A stretch of 64,000 nt of DNA from contig JAIDQQ010000041.1 of assembly GCA_029062165.1 (NCBI GenBank), positions 4,034-68,033 on the forward strand. Reading direction: 5' to 3'. Below are positions 9,156 through 21,800 of this stretch, one piece after another; the stretch's first letter is position 1; each line of letters starts with the position of its first letter. Both the position numbers and the translations under genes were made by a program. The DNA is from Ruminococcus sp. (GTDB lineage: Bacteria > Bacillota > Clostridia > Oscillospirales > Ruminococcaceae). The notes beneath the pieces are model-generated. The model ran no database searches. It was not told the origin of the DNA and worked only from the letters and a program-made list of their open reading frames with translations.

Positions 9156-9659
9156 CTAACTGAAATAGAAGATATACAACATCAGAAGCGTGACGAAAGT
9201 CGCCGAGGAAAAAATGTCCAGAATCCTGAATGTTGTGTTTATTTTTCTTAGACCGGAAGTATTTTGTTCAACTATATCCATAGCACAATCAATGCAGAAG
9301 TCCATACCGGTTGACTTTATTTTTTCATGACATACCGGACATAGATTTATTTTATGGTATTCACAGAAGTCACTGCCGTCGGAAGCCGGACTTCCGCACC
9401 CTGAAAACTTACATTCACGTATATTAAGAGGAATGTCTTCCGGTTTTTTCCGGACTATCTTTTTAATATTATCCGGTTTGTTTCTGTCCGTACCGCATAC
9501 TATGCACTGATTATTTCCGTTATCGTTGAGAGTTTCGCACAGACGGCAACGCCACCTGTCCGATTTTGCAGGAGAATATTTTTCTGTACCGCATACTATG
9601 CACCGGTTATTTCCGTTATCGTTGAAAGTTTCGCATAGACGGCAACGCCATTTTTCCAA
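9156..9659 (-). CDS. Tail-anchored protein with two tandem RanBP2-type zinc fingers plus a further Cys/His cluster
   Basis: WRCRLCETFNDNGNNRCIVC and WRCRLCETLNDNGNNQCIVC both match W-x-C-x2-C-x3-N-x6-C-x2-C exactly. A later CKFSGC...CEYH...CPVC...CIDC cluster follows. There is a C-terminal TM helix. TTG start with GGTGGTGA 6 nt upstream. Confidence 0.65.
   Translation of the reverse strand: MEKWRCRLCETFNDNGNNRCIVCGTEKYSPAKSDRWRCRLCETLNDNGNNQCIVCGTDRNKPDNIKKIVRKKPEDIPLNIRECKFSGCGSPASDGSDFCEYHKINLCPVCHEKIKSTGMDFCIDCAMDIVEQNTSGLRKINTTFRILDIFSSATFVTLLMLYIFYFS
9491..9650 (-). repeat. Intragenic tandem duplication (96-nt period) encoding the two RanBP2-type fingers
   Basis: A 63-nt block at 9491-9553 recurs at 9587-9649 with only a few mismatches. 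The offset of 96 nt equals 32 codons. Confidence 0.8.
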
Positions 9660-9675
9660 ATCTATTCACCACCTG

Positions 9676-10602
9676 TCAGCCGAGTCTTTTTAATATATTG
9701 AAAGTCTCTTCAGCCGAGGGACGTTCAGCCGGTTCAACGGAAAGCATTTTCTTAATCAAATTAGAGTAGTTTGCGTTGAGACCGCTCCATAGCTTGACCG
9801 GACATCCATGACCTACCGCCAGCCCTATGTACTGAATATCCGGATTACTGCTTGCCGGAAGTTCTCCGGTGAGGATTTCATGGAAGATTATTCCCAGTGA
9901 AAAAATATCCGACTGTGGTGTTATATCGATTCTTTCTTCCGCCCCTTGTTCGTCCTGTGCGGTACGGATAAATACTTCCGGCGACATATAACTCTGACTT
10001 CCGCCTATGATTTCCGGATAATCTCCCTGAATGAATCCGTTGTCGAAGTCGATAATCTTCAGAGTTTTCGCACCGGTAGCCGTTTCCTTTATGCATAAAT
10101 TGTCGGGTTTGAGGTCATTATGGACTATATTGTTTCTGGCGAGACCACACAGACTATACGCCAGTACTTTCATAAGGACGTGTCTATGTGGTGGCGGAAG
10201 ATTCTTTATTTCTCCGAAACTTCCTGACTGTTCAACCCATTCAGTGATGAGATAGTAGTGACCGTCTTTCCGGATAAATTCAACAGGGGCGATAAGATTT
10301 CCGTTATCAGAATTTTTAACAAGGGCGTAAAGTTTCTTCATGCGTTCATAGAATTTCTTGCTTGCTTCCATGTCCTCACGCTGAAATACAGTCGCCTGAC
10401 TATAGGGAATATCATAATAAGTTTCTTTGAGTTGCTTTATGAAGTATTTCCTGCCGTTTTTCGTGGCTGAACCCCATACGGAGTTACCGGCATTATCTGA
10501 ACGAAGTTCACCGTTAATGCGGTAGCCGTTAATTTCAGTTGTTTCCAGAAGTCTCACTCCTTGCCTGATTGAATCTGTAATAGTTTTTTTTGTAGCTGTC
10601 AT
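9676..10602 (-). CDS. Hanks-type Ser/Thr protein kinase, soluble, catalytic motifs intact
   Basis: Lys in YFIKQLK. Catalytic loop HNDLKPDN. DFD in the DFG position (IIDFDNG). SPE in the APE position. Subdomain IX reads DIFSLG and subdomain XI carries an Arg (EPAERPS). No TM segment. Confidence 0.85.
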   Translation of the reverse strand: MTATKKTITDSIRQGVRLLETTEINGYRINGELRSDNAGNSVWGSATKNGRKYFIKQLKETYYDIPYSQATVFQREDMEASKKFYERMKKLYALVKNSDNGNLIAPVEFIRKDGHYYLITEWVEQSGSFGEIKNLPPPHRHVLMKVLAYSLCGLARNNIVHNDLKPDNLCIKETATGAKTLKIIDFDNGFIQGDYPEIIGGSQSYMSPEVFIRTAQDEQGAEERIDITPQSDIFSLGIIFHEILTGELPASSNPDIQYIGLAVGHGCPVKLWSGLNANYSNLIKKMLSVEPAERPSAEETFNILKRLG

Positions 10603-11461
10603 TCCAGTATGATTCGCTGAAAATATGCTTGTCGCCGTCGAGAGCTATGAAGCGTTCCCTAAGGAATTCCCTTATTTCCTGATAGTCGTTGAATCCATAG
10701 AAGACGGCTATAAGAGAACAGTCATCGCCTGATTTTTCGTTGAGAATTTCCAGTAATTTCCTTTCAGATTCGGTGAAACTTCCGGAAGTGAACATCATTG
10801 TAATCAGGAAAAATTCAAAGACCATAGGACTATTAAAATAGTCGTAACAACCGTCAGTGGCACATATGATGATACATTTTCCGTTGTGCCGTACTTTTGC
10901 GGAATGAATGGTAAAAAGTTCCTTGTCGGGATTACCGTGTAGCCGGTTGGTCATTACGGAATCATCAAACAAATTTCGGTAGGCATCTTCTGAAACAACG
11001 TCATCTTCCGTGACCTGTCCGAGACCGTCGGCGTCAATTATGTAACCTCTCGAATCGCCAGCCCATATGAAGTCAATGTCAAGGAAGTCGCCGTCATTCC
11101 GGATAAAAGTTCCGCTTATAGTCGTCGGGAGAATGTCAACCAGTGTACTTCTTGAAGTTTCCATAGGATAGACTTCATTAATTTTCTTAAGGAACGAAAA
11201 GAAAGTTTTTTCCGGATTATCGGGAAATTCAAGGGATTCACTGCATAGCTTGTCCAGTAACATGGCACAACTCCGTGAAGCGACGTACGCACTTTTATGA
11301 CCGTCAAGACCGGAATGTTTTTCCGAACCTGCACCACCGCAACCGTCGAATACAAACATATAACCGTTGCCGTCATTGTCGAAACGGTAGGTCAGGGAAT
11401 CTTCGCCCTTATCCTGAATCTTTTCGGCATCAAGATATAAAATTCCGCTTAATTCCGCCAT
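10535..11461 (-). CDS. PP2C-family Ser/Thr phosphatase
   Basis: Motifs FVFDGCGGAG, WAGDSRGY and ICATDGCYDY. ATG at 11461 has GAGGTGAG 6 nt upstream; the track's GTG at 11470 is less likely. The 3' end overlaps the kinase ORF by 68 nt. Confidence 0.85.
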   Translation of the reverse strand: MAELSGILYLDAEKIQDKGEDSLTYRFDNDGNGYMFVFDGCGGAGSEKHSGLDGHKSAYVASRSCAMLLDKLCSESLEFPDNPEKTFFSFLKKINEVYPMETSRSTLVDILPTTISGTFIRNDGDFLDIDFIWAGDSRGYIIDADGLGQVTEDDVVSEDAYRNLFDDSVMTNRLHGNPDKELFTIHSAKVRHNGKCIIICATDGCYDYFNSPMVFEFFLITMMFTSGSFTESERKLLEILNEKSGDDCSLIAVFYGFNDYQEIREFLRERFIALDGDKHIFSESYWNDSYKKNYYRFNQARSETSGNN

Positions 11462-11471
11462 AAATCTCACC

Positions 11472-12290
11472 TCAGACAGAATTTACTATGCGGTCAAGAA
11501 TCCTTGTAAAATCTATTTCTTTTGCCATGTCATTCGGATTAATCTGCACAATATCGAGGTTTTCCCAAGGTTTTTCAATAATATTTCCTCTTGCGTCCTT
11601 GCGACCCTCTACTATACGTTTCCAGCCGTCATCTTGCGGAAGTTCCTTTACTTCCGGAATGAACAGTATAAGGCGTTTTGTCTGATACTCCATAGTACCG
11701 GCGTGCCTTACCTGATTACCCCACATATAAGTAAGTTCGCCGAAATCAGCAGGCATATTAGAGGGGTATAAATCGCAGTCCTTGCCGTAACCGAGTTCGT
11801 GAGTGGGTGCGTCAGTGAAGAGTACTATTATATGACGTCGCTTGTGATTGTCCGAGGGCTGACACCAATCGGACTGCATAGCAAGGGCGAGAGCCTCAAG
11901 ACCATCTTCGGGAATGTCACCGCCCCCGACAGCCTCAATGGAATTAATGCTCCGGAGGAGCAGGGAACTCTGGTCATTGGCGGTATCAGAAAGAATATAG
12001 AAATCGGTGTACATAAGAGGAACGCATCTGTCTTTCTTGTATTCGAGGAAATCACGGAAAAAAATGATTTTCGCCCTAAGGACGTCAACGTGTTTGTGTT
12101 TCTGATTGAGGGCATTGACGACTTCCCTATAGAAATCGGGAATCATCTTCTTGACAATCCGGATAAGATTTTCCATACCCATACTGCCGGTGGCGTCTAT
12201 GACAAAAACAACGTCGACATTATATTTCATGTCAATGCTGTTTTCCCTGAAATAAGAGCTTACGTAATTGCTTTTGAAGTAACCGTCCAT
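11472..12290 (-). CDS. von Willebrand factor A (vWA) domain protein, TerY-like
   Basis: MIDAS-type motif VVFVIDATGSMG. Downstream GGGDIPEDGLEAL and IIVLFTDAPTH. No signal peptide or TM segment. Confidence 0.85.
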   Translation of the reverse strand: MDGYFKSNYVSSYFRENSIDMKYNVDVVFVIDATGSMGMENLIRIVKKMIPDFYREVVNALNQKHKHVDVLRAKIIFFRDFLEYKKDRCVPLMYTDFYILSDTANDQSSLLLRSINSIEAVGGGDIPEDGLEALALAMQSDWCQPSDNHKRRHIIVLFTDAPTHELGYGKDCDLYPSNMPADFGELTYMWGNQVRHAGTMEYQTKRLILFIPEVKELPQDDGWKRIVEGRKDARGNIIEKPWENLDIVQINPNDMAKEIDFTRILDRIVNSV

Positions 12291-12320
12291 AATGAAAAAA
12301 ACTCCTTTAATTAAAATAAT

Positions 12321-12926
12321 TTATCTTGGAATCATGAAGCCCTCGCCCATACCCCGAAGCTGTTTCTTACTTATGCAGTCAGGGCAGACCTCTCCGAAGC
12401 GTGAGACCGTCCTTACCTTGCATTCCGGACACAGACATTTTTTCTGACTTGCTTTGTTCCGGCATGAATCGCACATTTCGTCTGGACCGGAGACTTTCCG
12501 GAGATTGCAGACAGAGCAGTAAAAAATATGGGAAATGGGTAGCGGTTTAGAGATTCTTGGATTTGCCCTGAAGTCGCAACCGCAATCGCAGAAGATGTCG
12601 TCGGGATTGCTTGGAAGACCGCAGACAGGGCAGAAAATACCGTTATCTCCGGAAATATCGGGTGAATCGTCGGGAACAGGCGGATTTTTGGCATAATCGT
12701 TCCGGCATTGAGGGCAGAAAAGACTTCCCTCGGCATAAGGAAAACGACATTTCTTGTTAGGGCAGAAAAGCGGTATATCGGGTGTTTTCGGCGTTTCAGG
12801 ATTTTCCGGAGCAGGTGTATTTTCTGCCCACATTGACGAGATGTCACGACCGCACTTGTTGCAGATATTTATATACTTGTTTATTTTTTTATCACAGTAA
12901 ATGCATTTAACTTTTTTGTCAAACAT
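12321..12926 (-). CDS. Soluble protein made of five CxxC...CxxC zinc-ribbon units
   Basis: The five units are CIYC..CNKC, CPNKKC..CPQC, CPVC..CDCGC, CSVC..CDSC and CPEC..CPDC. P-rich linkers join them. This is the first gene of the operon. Confidence 0.7.
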   Translation of the reverse strand: MFDKKVKCIYCDKKINKYINICNKCGRDISSMWAENTPAPENPETPKTPDIPLFCPNKKCRFPYAEGSLFCPQCRNDYAKNPPVPDDSPDISGDNGIFCPVCGLPSNPDDIFCDCGCDFRANPRISKPLPISHIFYCSVCNLRKVSGPDEMCDSCRNKASQKKCLCPECKVRTVSRFGEVCPDCISKKQLRGMGEGFMIPR

Positions 12927-12959
12927 AGCAAAAAAACTTCTTTCGTGTTATTTAAATAA

Positions 12960-12988
12960 AGTATAATACTTTTCAGTAAAAAAGTCAA
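12960..12988 (-). promoter_or_regulatory. Sigma-70/SigA-type promoter for the zinc-ribbon/vWA/PP2C/kinase/EssC operon
   Basis: On the minus strand, TTGACT (12988-12983), a 17-nt spacer, then TATACT (12965-12960). It lies about 34 nt upstream of the ATG at 12926. Confidence 0.5.
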
Positions 12989-13099
12989 GTATTTCCGTTA
13001 TAAAAGTTCTGAAATACCTGCTCACAAAGATATTAATTTATAATTCAATATATTTTGTCATAGCTTGTTTCAGGCTATATATAGAAAAAATTTCCTGAT

Positions 13100-13126
13100 A
13101 AAAAACCGTATCTTTTTCAGATACGG
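13100..13126 (-). terminator. Rho-independent terminator after the LPXTG gene
   Basis: Stem CCGTATCT/AGATACGG with a 5-nt loop, followed on the minus strand by a T6 run. Confidence 0.6.
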
Positions 13127-13131
13127 CTTTT

Positions 13132-15620
<2,489 letters not shown>

Positions 15621-15828
15621 AAGAATTCTCCTCTCCGTGAATTTCGGTATTTATTATTGTTAATTAATATCCAGAACCAGTTTTTAATTTGTTTTGTTCT
15701 GTTCCATTTCTATGATTATATTCTATCATTATTTCAGTGATTTTTGCACTCTGAAAAAAAGAGATTTTCCATAAAAAATCAGATACAAAAACCGTAAATT
15801 ACCGGACATATACGGAGAGGGTATATAT

Positions 15829-15866
15829 AAAAAGCAATCCCACCGGTATTTTCATACCAGTGGGAT
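15829..15866 (-). terminator. Rho-independent terminator after the M60-like peptidase gene
   Basis: A 13-bp stem ATCCCACCGGTAT/ATACCAGTGGGAT with one mismatch and a 4-nt loop. A T-run follows on the minus strand. Confidence 0.55.
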
Positions 15867-15877
15867 ATATCTTTTAA

Positions 15878-18800
15878 TTATTCATCGGAACCATCAGAGG
15901 GTTCTTTCGGATTTGATGTTTCTTTGTCAGGATTTTCTTCTGCCCCTTTTTCTGTATCAGTAGTTCCATTGTCTGAACCGCCAACTATTTCGCCAGGATT
16001 CTGATTGTCGTCACTAAGTGTTATGCGTGGCATTTCATTCTTTTTAGGAACTGGTTCAAGGAGTGAGTCACTTACTATACGCTGACCTTCACTTGTGAGA
16101 GCGTTGTTTACTCTGTAGAGTTCTACACGGACTTTTTCAGGCCATTCCATTTTTTCAGCTTCTTCAGGAGTTATCCAGTAAATGAATGTACCTTTAGAAA
16201 TTTCTGTTATAAGTGAACCTTCAGGAACAGGAGGTGCCATGAGAACCTGATGTACCTGAACCTTTGTTTTATTGGCTTCTTCGAGAGCAGCTCTGACTTC
16301 TTCTTCGGTGAGACCTGTAAAATCTTGTTCAGGAGGCTGACCGACAACTCTTCCTTTCTCATTGAAGAGGATAACTGCATTGTAAGACGGATTACCCTTG
16401 TAGTTGCCTATGAATACATAAGAATCTTTCGGGATAAAGATGTTATTTTCCTTGTCGAGTAAGTAATCGTTAGCAAGCTGACCGAATAAAGTAGCATCTT
16501 CTTTTTCGGAATCTGTTGATTTGGTGAAGTAAACGTTGTCACCTGTTACGCCAAGTACGTCAAATTCAGAGATGTAAATTTTTTCGTCGTTCTTATCTAA
16601 AATCTGTATTTTGATTTCAGAAGTTTCAAAAGTAGCTATATAATTGCTTGAAGGTTTTGAGAAGTAAATAATGCCGTCTTCGTTAAATGTAACAAATGTT
16701 TTCTCTTCAGCTTTTTCGCTTTCAGCGTTTTCTTCTAATATATTCTTCCAGTTACCTTCTTCGTCTTTTACGAATACAGCACATTTCTTAATAGCTGAAT
16801 CTTTGAATTGTTCAGGTGTTGAAAGCTTGATACCGCATATTGTCTGTGGCTCATTGAAGTTTACATAGATATTGGGTTCACCCTTAACTGTTGCTTCAAA
16901 ATATGTGCCTACGTTATCGTCGAATGCGTTTATAACGGGGTCAACTTTTACAGGATGACAGTCCATGGTTTCGTCGTTAGGTTCATTTTTAGTGATTTTG
17001 GAATTGAAGTATTCACTTGGTTCGGTGCTATTATCAGAAGTTTCTTCGTAATAGTCAGAAGTGATAGTCCAGTTTGTCTTTGCAAGACTTCCGTCGTGTT
17101 CAATTTTGGTTCTTATTGTTTCAACTGTATTTGAGTAGTTAAGATACTGGTCAACTGCAACAACCTTGTAAAATACAGTACGGTTATTGAAAGCTGTAAC
17201 GGTATCAACATAAGTTTTCTTGCCCTGTAAGAATGTTACCGGAGTTTCTTTAATGTCACCGCCGGATATAGTGCAACGTCTGATTTCATATCCGAGGATA
17301 TCAGAATCACTGTAGTTACTGTTAGTATTGATTGTGAGTGTAACTATGTTAGACTTACTGCCTTTTCCTGTCTCGATACCTACGCTGTTTATGATAGTAT
17401 CTGTTGTTTTGTCTTCTTTTAAGAAGCTCTTTGCTGAACCGTTCTTAGCGATAATACGTGAGTTTTCGTTAGCATACTGAATAGCTCTTGTTTCATCCGG
17501 AAACTGTGAAGCATATAATTCTGTTGTGAAGTTCGGAGTTTTACCCCAGCGTCTGAAGAATTCGAGAACGTTTTTGCCGGAAGCTGCACAAGCAAGTCTC
17601 ATAAGATTCTGGTCAGTACCGTCATTGAGTTCAAGATTAAGTTTTAAATCTGTTTCCTTTTTAACATTATTAGCTTTTGAAGGATTTCTTGAATACTGGT
17701 CCATTTTTGCATAGAAGAGATTATCTATAATTTCTTTGTGTGTGCCGTAAGTCTTGAAGTTGTAGTCTTTATCGAAAGCAAGGTGTAACTGCCAGTACAT
17801 ACCAAGCTGTGTACCCTGGTCAGCCTGACCGCTTGTGTTTGAAGTAACTTTCTTGTAAATGTTCGTGTAGTTCAGTCTTGAACCTTCGTTCTTATCCTGA
17901 GCCTGTGCAAGCATTGAGAAGTAGTTATTTGTGATTTCAGGTACAGCATAGCTTGAGTCATTGAGGCAGTGACCGATTTCGTGTGCGATACCCCATCCGA
18001 AGTAGCTACCGCTCTGGTATTTGCCGTTTTCGTCAGCCCGAACGCCTTCGCACCTTACCATATCCGGTACTGAACCATACTGGATACCGATATGATTTCC
18101 GGCAGCGTACATGAACGCACCCTGGAACATTCTCTGATAGCGGATATTGAGATGCTGATTAGGTATACGGTCAACAACGGCTGTAGCGTCGTCACTCATG
18201 CCCTTGTGCTGATAGAAGAACTTAACCATTTTTTCCATAGCGTCCATTGAATTTATGAGTTTTTCAGCACGGTCTGTAGTTGAGCCATTGCCTAAGCCTG
18301 CGAGTATCTGAGTTGCAGGAAGTGAATACATCATTGTATCGTCAAGAATATCCGTTGCACCTAAGATACAGAGTTGTTCATTGTAATCCATATCAAGATA
18401 AGAATTCTTTTGGTTGTTCGCATCCTTTGCACCCTTATGAATTTCATTGTGCAGTTCAGGCATCTTTGCAACGTAAGCATCAAGTGCTTCAATATATTCA
18501 ACAGCTTTTGCTACTTTTTTGTCATGGTCATTCATTTGATAGATGTCAAGGAACGGAACTTCTGTACCACCATTAACACGTACAGAATACTGTTCTTTTG
18601 ATGTAGTAGTGTTTTGATATTGTACATAGAGTGCACCGCCACCCTCTGCACTTGCAAGCTGAGGAGTAGGAATTGTGAATGTATTAGCACCTATGTTAAG
18701 ATTCTGCGCATTGAGAAGTGTCAGACCACCGGATTCGGAGTTATACTGTGTTGCAATGAGTTTAATATTTGTGCCTTCGCCGGTTTTCATAATGTTGCCG

Positions 18801-21800
18801 TATGAGTTTTTACCGCCGACATAAACTGTAATTTTTGTATTTGAACCAGCAGTAACGCCGAGAGGTTGCCAGGCATTAAGACCATTATATCTACGGCTTG
18901 TGCCTGCTTCAATCGGGTCATTAGTTGTAATGCCATTGTGAACAACAACCGGAGGTGGCATTTTACCTTCCTTAAGTATTTTTTCTGCTGTTTTGAGTTC
19001 GTTTTCGAGCATAGTTCTTTCAGGGTTAAGTTCACCGTTTCTTGGGTCTGGCTCGTTGATTTTTGTACGGAGTTCATCAATATCTTTCTGCGTAATACCG
19101 TCTTTAAGAACTGTATGGAGGTCATCTTCATAGAGAGCCATTATCTCATCATATACTGGGTTGTATTCATAGAAAAGAATTTCTGAATAAGTAACTTCAT
19201 TATTGCCTGCTTCACGCCAGTTGTCGAACCAGATTTTAACTTTTTTAGCCTTAAAGTGCGGGAATGACCTGAGGTAGTATATTTTATTGTTTTTGTCTTT
19301 TAATTTACCGTCGCTGAAGTATCCTGATACTGCACGCTCCCACTGTTCTGTTTCTTCGTTCCATACGTCAGCATATACGTAACATACGTCTGCCTTAACC
19401 GGTATTGTCAGAGCAAAAGAACTAATGTCATATTCTTTATCAAATTCAAATATAAGACCTGCGTCAGACCAACCTTTATGTGTGTAATATGTTTCCTGAT
19501 CGCCGTCAACAACACTCCATGCTGTCATATCATTTGTAGTACCTGCTTCGATTGCTTTGGCGTTATTAGCATCTTTTGTGTTGTTGCCTATTATATTGCC
19601 GCCTAATCTTGTAACAGAAACGATATGTGAACTGCCAGGATTGTTGTTTTCGTCTACGTTTATAGCGTTATACTGACGCATTATAATAGGGTCAAGAGTA
19701 GTTGTTTTTGCCTGAGTGTGAACGGATTCTCCACTATCGCCTTTACGGTTAGTGCTTTTTACGTAAATTTCGTATTCATGACGGTCTTCAAGGTCTGTAA
19801 GGGTACAACTTGTTTGGGCACCATATGGAGAAATATATTCCGTGTATTCAGTTTCTTCATTTGTGAGGTCTTTGTAGTAAATTTTATAACCTGTAGTGCT
19901 GTTTGTGTTATCGCCGTTCCATGTGAGTTTAATTTGTCTGTAGTCAGCGACAGCACGTACATTATCGGGCTTATCAGGTAAGCTGTTGGAAACTGTAGTA
20001 ACTTTCTGTACTTCAGACCATGCACTTCTGTAATCTTCGCCTACTACACGGACGTGTACATAATAAGTTGTATTTATCTTGATAAGTTTGAAGTTACCGT
20101 GTTCAGACTGAAGTGAATAAGTATTTGTATCATAAACGATTGAATTCTGTACACCTGGAATAGTTGAAGCGAAACTGCCGTCAGATTTTGTATTCGGACT
20201 TGTGGAAACTTCAATTTCAAATCTTTTCTCAACGTTTAAAGGAATATCCCATGTAACAGTAATTTTTGCGTCCTTGTCAGCAACGCCCATATCCTGAGCG
20301 ATTTTAACATTAGTCGGGTAGTCAATAGCCGGTGGTGCCATATGTTTTTCCATACCGTTAAGCATCTGAACTTTACCTATCTGAGCAAGGCTTGTGCTCT
20401 TAACGGCGGTAAGTGTAAGAGTAATCATTTTAACAGCAACCTGTTTACCGAGGTTTACTGAAAGATTACCACTTTCGTCAACATTAGCTGACATACTTAC
20501 ATTGGCAAAATTGCCATTCTTTTCATCTTCGCCCATAGGATATGTACCCTCCGGAGCAATGGTCTGGCTTATAATTGTATTATCTGCTAATACAATTTCA
20601 ACTGAACCTGAATCAATGTTTGCAGGAATTGTAAATTTCTCAAGTGGTGTATTGCCGAGAGGAATCGGAATATCTAAAGGGTCATCTATTGAAGGTGCAA
20701 CCGGTACTTTTTCTTCGTTACCATTTTCGTCAGTAACAGTTTTATATCTGCCTATTTGTATCATATTCGGTGGTGGTGCTTCTTCACCGTCACCGGAATT
20801 TTCATTTTCCACGGAACTATTATCTGAACTGAACAGGGCTGAAATATCACCTGTAATTTCTACATCGTCGGGGAGTAACTCTTCTATAGAATTCATAGCA
20901 GTCTCGCTCAAATTCTCTGCCACCACAGTTTCCATTACTGTTGCATCAGTACTCCAGTTTCTTGTTTTAAGATAGTTCTTTGCAAAAAATGTGAAGTCAG
21001 TGAGGTCTATTTTACCGTCATGGTTAAGGTCACTGTCGTTATCGCTTTTTTCTTTTCCATTTCTTGCAGAAGCGTCAAGGTCAGAGAGCATGATATTTAA
21101 ATCACGTTCGTCAAGACTGCCGTCGTCGTTTACATCGCCTACTGCCAAAGTACCAGGGTGGTTTTCTGGTACGGCTACAGTTTTGCCGTTTACCTCTTTA
21201 GTAGTAGTTTCATAAGTATATATGTTCTCATTGAAGCCGAGATTAACTATCGCATTACAGGTCGAATCCTTGAGTTCTTCTGTTTCCTGGCTATATTTCT
21301 TTAATCCGGGAGCATTTACTTCAATACGATACTTACCATTTTGAAGATTACTTGGTGTTCTTAAGTATACTGAAGTGTTAGATTTCTTGCTTATCGGAAC
21401 AGTATCGTTTTTCACCGTCTCATATTTCTCTGTTTCTTTACCGTCTTCTGTAGATTCTATAACCTTACGTTGCAGTTCAATAGGTTTCTGCTCCGGGTCA
21501 TCAACATTGTAAATTTTTACTGTACAGTTAAAATCGTCTTTAAATTCAAGGTAATTTGTAATCTGAAGATTAATTGTAGTGTAGCCAGCCTTAGCCATTA
21601 TATCGGCTTTTGCTAATGTAGCTTCTCTTAGTCTTTTTATTTCTTCTTCCCTTTTTTGTTTAGCTATTTCTTCTTCAGTTAATTCAGGTTTTTTAGTTTC
21701 TTCTTCACCATCTGGCGTGCCACCATTGTTTCCATTTCCATTATTGCCTTCACCCTCTGCACTAGCTGAAATGACATTGTATGAAAGAATTTCCGATGCG

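Noticed and set aside
11799-12847. ORFs 11799-12314 (+), 11828-12115 (-) and 12413-12847 (-, alternative frame)
   Set aside because: They are shadow ORFs over the vWA and five-ribbon genes. They have no motifs or RBS, whereas the chosen frames carry MIDAS and CxxC motifs.
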